Source: Iphione sp. A-MEVVRFRX5 (Eukaryota). From it: DNA of 64,000 bases. Where the stretch lies: the NCBI GenBank assembly GCA_976226885.1, contig OZ320316.1:40610001-40674000 (forward strand). The letters run 5' to 3'. Numbering within the stretch: the stretch's first letter is position 1; each line of letters begins with the position of its first letter. The notes under the pieces are model-generated. The model saw nothing but the letters and a program-made list of their open reading frames with translations. It searched no databases and was not told the DNA's origin. Made by a program: the position numbers and the translations under genes. Below are positions 61,277 to 64,000 of this stretch, piece after piece.

Positions 61277-61503
61277 TGTAACACAGATGGCGCCACGGGG
61301 TTTTACCCCCGACCCCGCCCGCATCAAGTAAGCGGGGCGGCTGTCCCCAGTGGTGCCTCGGTCATTCTTTCCTCCTATAAAAGCCCACAAACTACCCGCT
61401 AGCTTCTCCAGTACCTAAAGGCAGAGCCCCATCGTTTTTAATAAATGTCTCTGTCTCGTTTAACAAGTAACACGTTCTTCAGGGTAGTTCACATCAGGTA
61501 ACA
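61277..61503 (+). mobile_element. Possible solo LTR
   Basis: tgtaacac start, ctataaaagc TATA-like box, aataaa and gtaaca end. No TSD was found. Confidence 0.4.
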
Positions 61504-61953
61504 AGCCACTGGACAACAATGATTATAACAAAAGACAAGTGCTCGCGCATTGTCTGCACACAGTTCACGAAAGAGCCACTCGCGTCCACGTATGATAATA
61601 ATACTTATTAATAGCCAAACTTATAATGAAGAAACGGACAAGAACAGTTAAATTTAAAATGCGCAGCTAGTCATACGTAAATAGACAACGATACCATGAC
61701 AAAATGCTGATGATACATGGTAAAAATCCTAAGTATAGATATACTTTGTCGAAACAGATACCGAAACAGTGTGAAACAAAAGTGTATTATATTGTTTTCA
61801 ACCTCGTTTGTTGCTTTCAGGCTCCCGTAGTTCTTAAGGATGTGTTAGTGGTAGAAGCCACTGCGTTGCTTTGGATGTTACAAAAGTTCTGGGCGACACG
61901 TCATGCAAATCCTTTGTTGCGGTCACCGTGGACAACGTCTGAATTTCTTTAGC

Positions 61954-62018
61954 CTGAAAAGCAAAAATAATCCAGACAAATAAGTAAGGCAAACCCACTG
62001 CCATTAGATATACAGAGC

Positions 62019-62049
<31 letters not shown>

Positions 62050-62209
62050 TGTATGTATGTATGTACATGTATGTATGTACATGTATGTATGTATGTATGT
62101 ATGTATGTATGTACATGAAGACCACTTTTAATTTTATCTTCCAAAATTTCCATTCTTTTGACAAGGCCAACGCACGACTTATTTACTGGAGTGTCCATTG
62201 ATCACTAAC
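61954..62209 (-). other. Intron in the Rap1 3' UTR, beginning 30 nt after the stop codon
   Basis: On the - strand, donor GAAG|GTTAGT at 62210/62209 and strong acceptor attatttttgcttttcAG|G at 61954/61953. The intron contains a (TACA)n microsatellite. Confidence 0.7.
62021..62112. repeat. (TATG)n microsatellite inside the Rap1 3' UTR intron
   Basis: Direct reading of the sequence. Confidence 0.95.
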
Positions 62210-62239
62210 CTTCCTATAACGTCACTATCTTGTTCTTCC

Positions 62240-62329
62240 TTACAAGACGACACAGCCGCTTCTCTTTTTCTTTTTGCTTCTGGTATCCGGGTTTTTCTTG
62301 TTTATTTGTCTCACCAGGTCGTAGAATAT
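62240..62329 (-). CDS. RAP1: Rap1 small GTPase, last coding exon (rest of gene beyond the window end)
   Basis: An acceptor (ttcttgtgacag on the - strand) precedes IFYDLVRQINKKNPDTRSKKKKRSGCVVL*. This is the characteristic Rap1 C-terminus (IFYDLVRQIN) with a polybasic tract and CAAX box. No upstream Rap1 exons were found within 62330-64000. Confidence 0.88.
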   Translation of the reverse strand: MFYDLVRQINKKNPDTRSKKKKRSGCVVL

Positions 62330-63707
62330 CTGTCACAAGAAGACCACAAAATATGAAAACCCAGCAATAAAAAAGACTTGTCTATATATAGATAGACGTG
62401 TGTGTGTGGGGGGGGGGGATACACATAACTACCGCATTTTGTATGCGAGGAAGAATGAATTATCAAACCACTCATACATTCAAATGTCAATGGAAGTGTT
62501 CAAGATACGCGATTCCAAAAAGGCATGCCGCATATACACGAACACATAATTGCTTGTTCATTTCCTTATGAAGGCAAGAACTTTTAAATATTAATTCCTT
62601 CTTTAGACCCTAAAGCCAGTCGTGTGGATGACTCATCCTTGGAGTACGTCCTAGAAGTAGACATTCAGGGCGTCGTCAATGGACGATTTGTTTTCTGTGT
62701 AAACTCTCCCGAGCGCTAGTATGCATGCCGAATGTACTCTTTTTCGCATTGCGTTTGTTACGTTTTAGAAGGGGATATGGCTCAAATATCATGCGTGGAC
62801 AGGCTTGGTTTGTGGTGTCCGAGGGATGGTCTACCTTGCATAGATGTCAAGTGAGACCAGCGCCGGCAGGGATAGCTGACGGGAGTGAGAACATAAATAA
62901 ATAATGAATAACATTTAGCTCCAATAAAAGGTTGGAACACTTTAGGTGTCAGTGACCCCCTCCACGCCTGGCCTCTAACCTTACAGAGAAGGTAAATGAT
63001 ATATGAAAAATACAAGTATATGCATATATACATACAATATGATGTACTTTAACAAGGTATATACGCAGACAATATAATGTTTAAACATAAAATATGTAAA
63101 CTTGCATATAAATGAAGGCCATTTTGTTGTACAGTCTGCTTTTCATACTCCTTAAACTCAATAGTACTCGAAGACATATTATAACCACTGTGTTTCTGAC
63201 GTACACATAGCAACAGCAATCCTAAATCCAGGATTCCGAAAACGAAGCACACAGACTACGCCTTAACAACCAATATTACAAACTTATTCATTTTTTTTCC
63301 ACTGGATCAGACAGCTGCGTTTTTCCGTTTTTTCGATACAAACTTATTCATCACGACCTAACCCCGCCGTAACGGGAGGCTGAAACACAACTTAAACATA
63401 AAGAAAAATGAACCTGATGCTGACTCTCTCGTCAATATTCACTCACGAACACATATAATTTATTGCTTACCAACGCTTAACAAAAATAACCACCTTAGAG
63501 GACCGTTTCTGTCCAACTAGTAAAAGAAAAGCGGACAAAATACTATAGCCCTCTGTTACGTAACTACTAAGATATACAGGAAAAGACATTGCTGATGGTT
63601 ACGATGATAAGTCTACTAGACCCACTGAATGTACTAGATTTCCTCAGTGCCAGCGTCATGTCCGCCTTATACATCAACATGACCTATACACTACTGCAGA
63701 CAGTATA

Positions 63708-64000
63708 ATGGCTGCCAGGAAGTACCTATCACAACAACGGAACGACGATCCTCGAGCACGCATGATCTAGCGACTTTTAGACACATTTTCCGACCATGAA
63801 CTGATTCAAATTCAGAATCTTTGTCATCAAATGTCAGTAGCTACCATGAATAAAAGAAGTGCTCTGCATGTTAATCGATTCATGGACCAGCAAGAAACCA
63901 CACTTTCCAGTAGCACCTCATAAATCAAAAGTATGATACGTAGATAGCGTGTTTGTCCTAGTCATCAGCAATGGCAGCATGTGTGAGGAGTTGGTCATGT
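63708..64000 (+). pseudogene. Possible decayed Harbinger/PIF transposase N-terminus
   Basis: MAARKYL...RARMI*RLLDTFSDHELIQ loosely resembles the (P)LD..SD.EL..R(Y/F)R motif of Harbinger transposases. Stops and frameshifts are present. Confidence 0.3.

Noticed and set aside
61834-62198. Spliced mini-ORF MDTPVNKSCVG...AKEIQTL on the - strand
   Set aside because: It is better explained as Rap1 3' UTR intron and exon sequence; its donor (gtacat) is weak and lies at the microsatellite edge.

Overview
Eukaryotic metazoan genomic DNA, probably from a marine invertebrate (the taxon cannot be fixed from sequence), with spliceosomal GT-AG introns and four N-gaps. Three host genes were assembled by hand from splice sites and reading-frame phase. 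(1) A 5'-truncated, 27-exon + strand gene (956-28254, about 1640 aa in the window) encodes a large RCC1-repeat protein with a C-terminal Cys/His motif, most like Drosophila claret / C. elegans GLO-4. (2) A complete 13-coding-exon + strand F-box/7xWD40 gene (42597-54655, 846 aa) has a long N-terminal extension. (3) The last coding exon of a Rap1 GTPase lies on the - strand (62240-62329, CAAX = CVVL), followed by an intron 30 nt into the 3' UTR. Introns and intergenic DNA are rich in mobile elements. These include a very young 2.4-kb Ty3/Gypsy LTR element with identical LTRs, PBS, PPT and TSD whose only ORF is a partial RNaseH plus intact integrase, nested inside a TA-flanked MITE. There is also a decayed DIRS1-type retrotransposon that still shows ITR/ICR termini, a second DIRS fragment, three Helentron-associated (HINE-like) elements carrying tandem-repeat modules (one with a 126-bp array), several pogo/Tc1-type MITEs, solo LTRs, a dead Gypsy gag-protease and a tRNA-derived SINE. 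No database searches were run; family names come from motif recognition.
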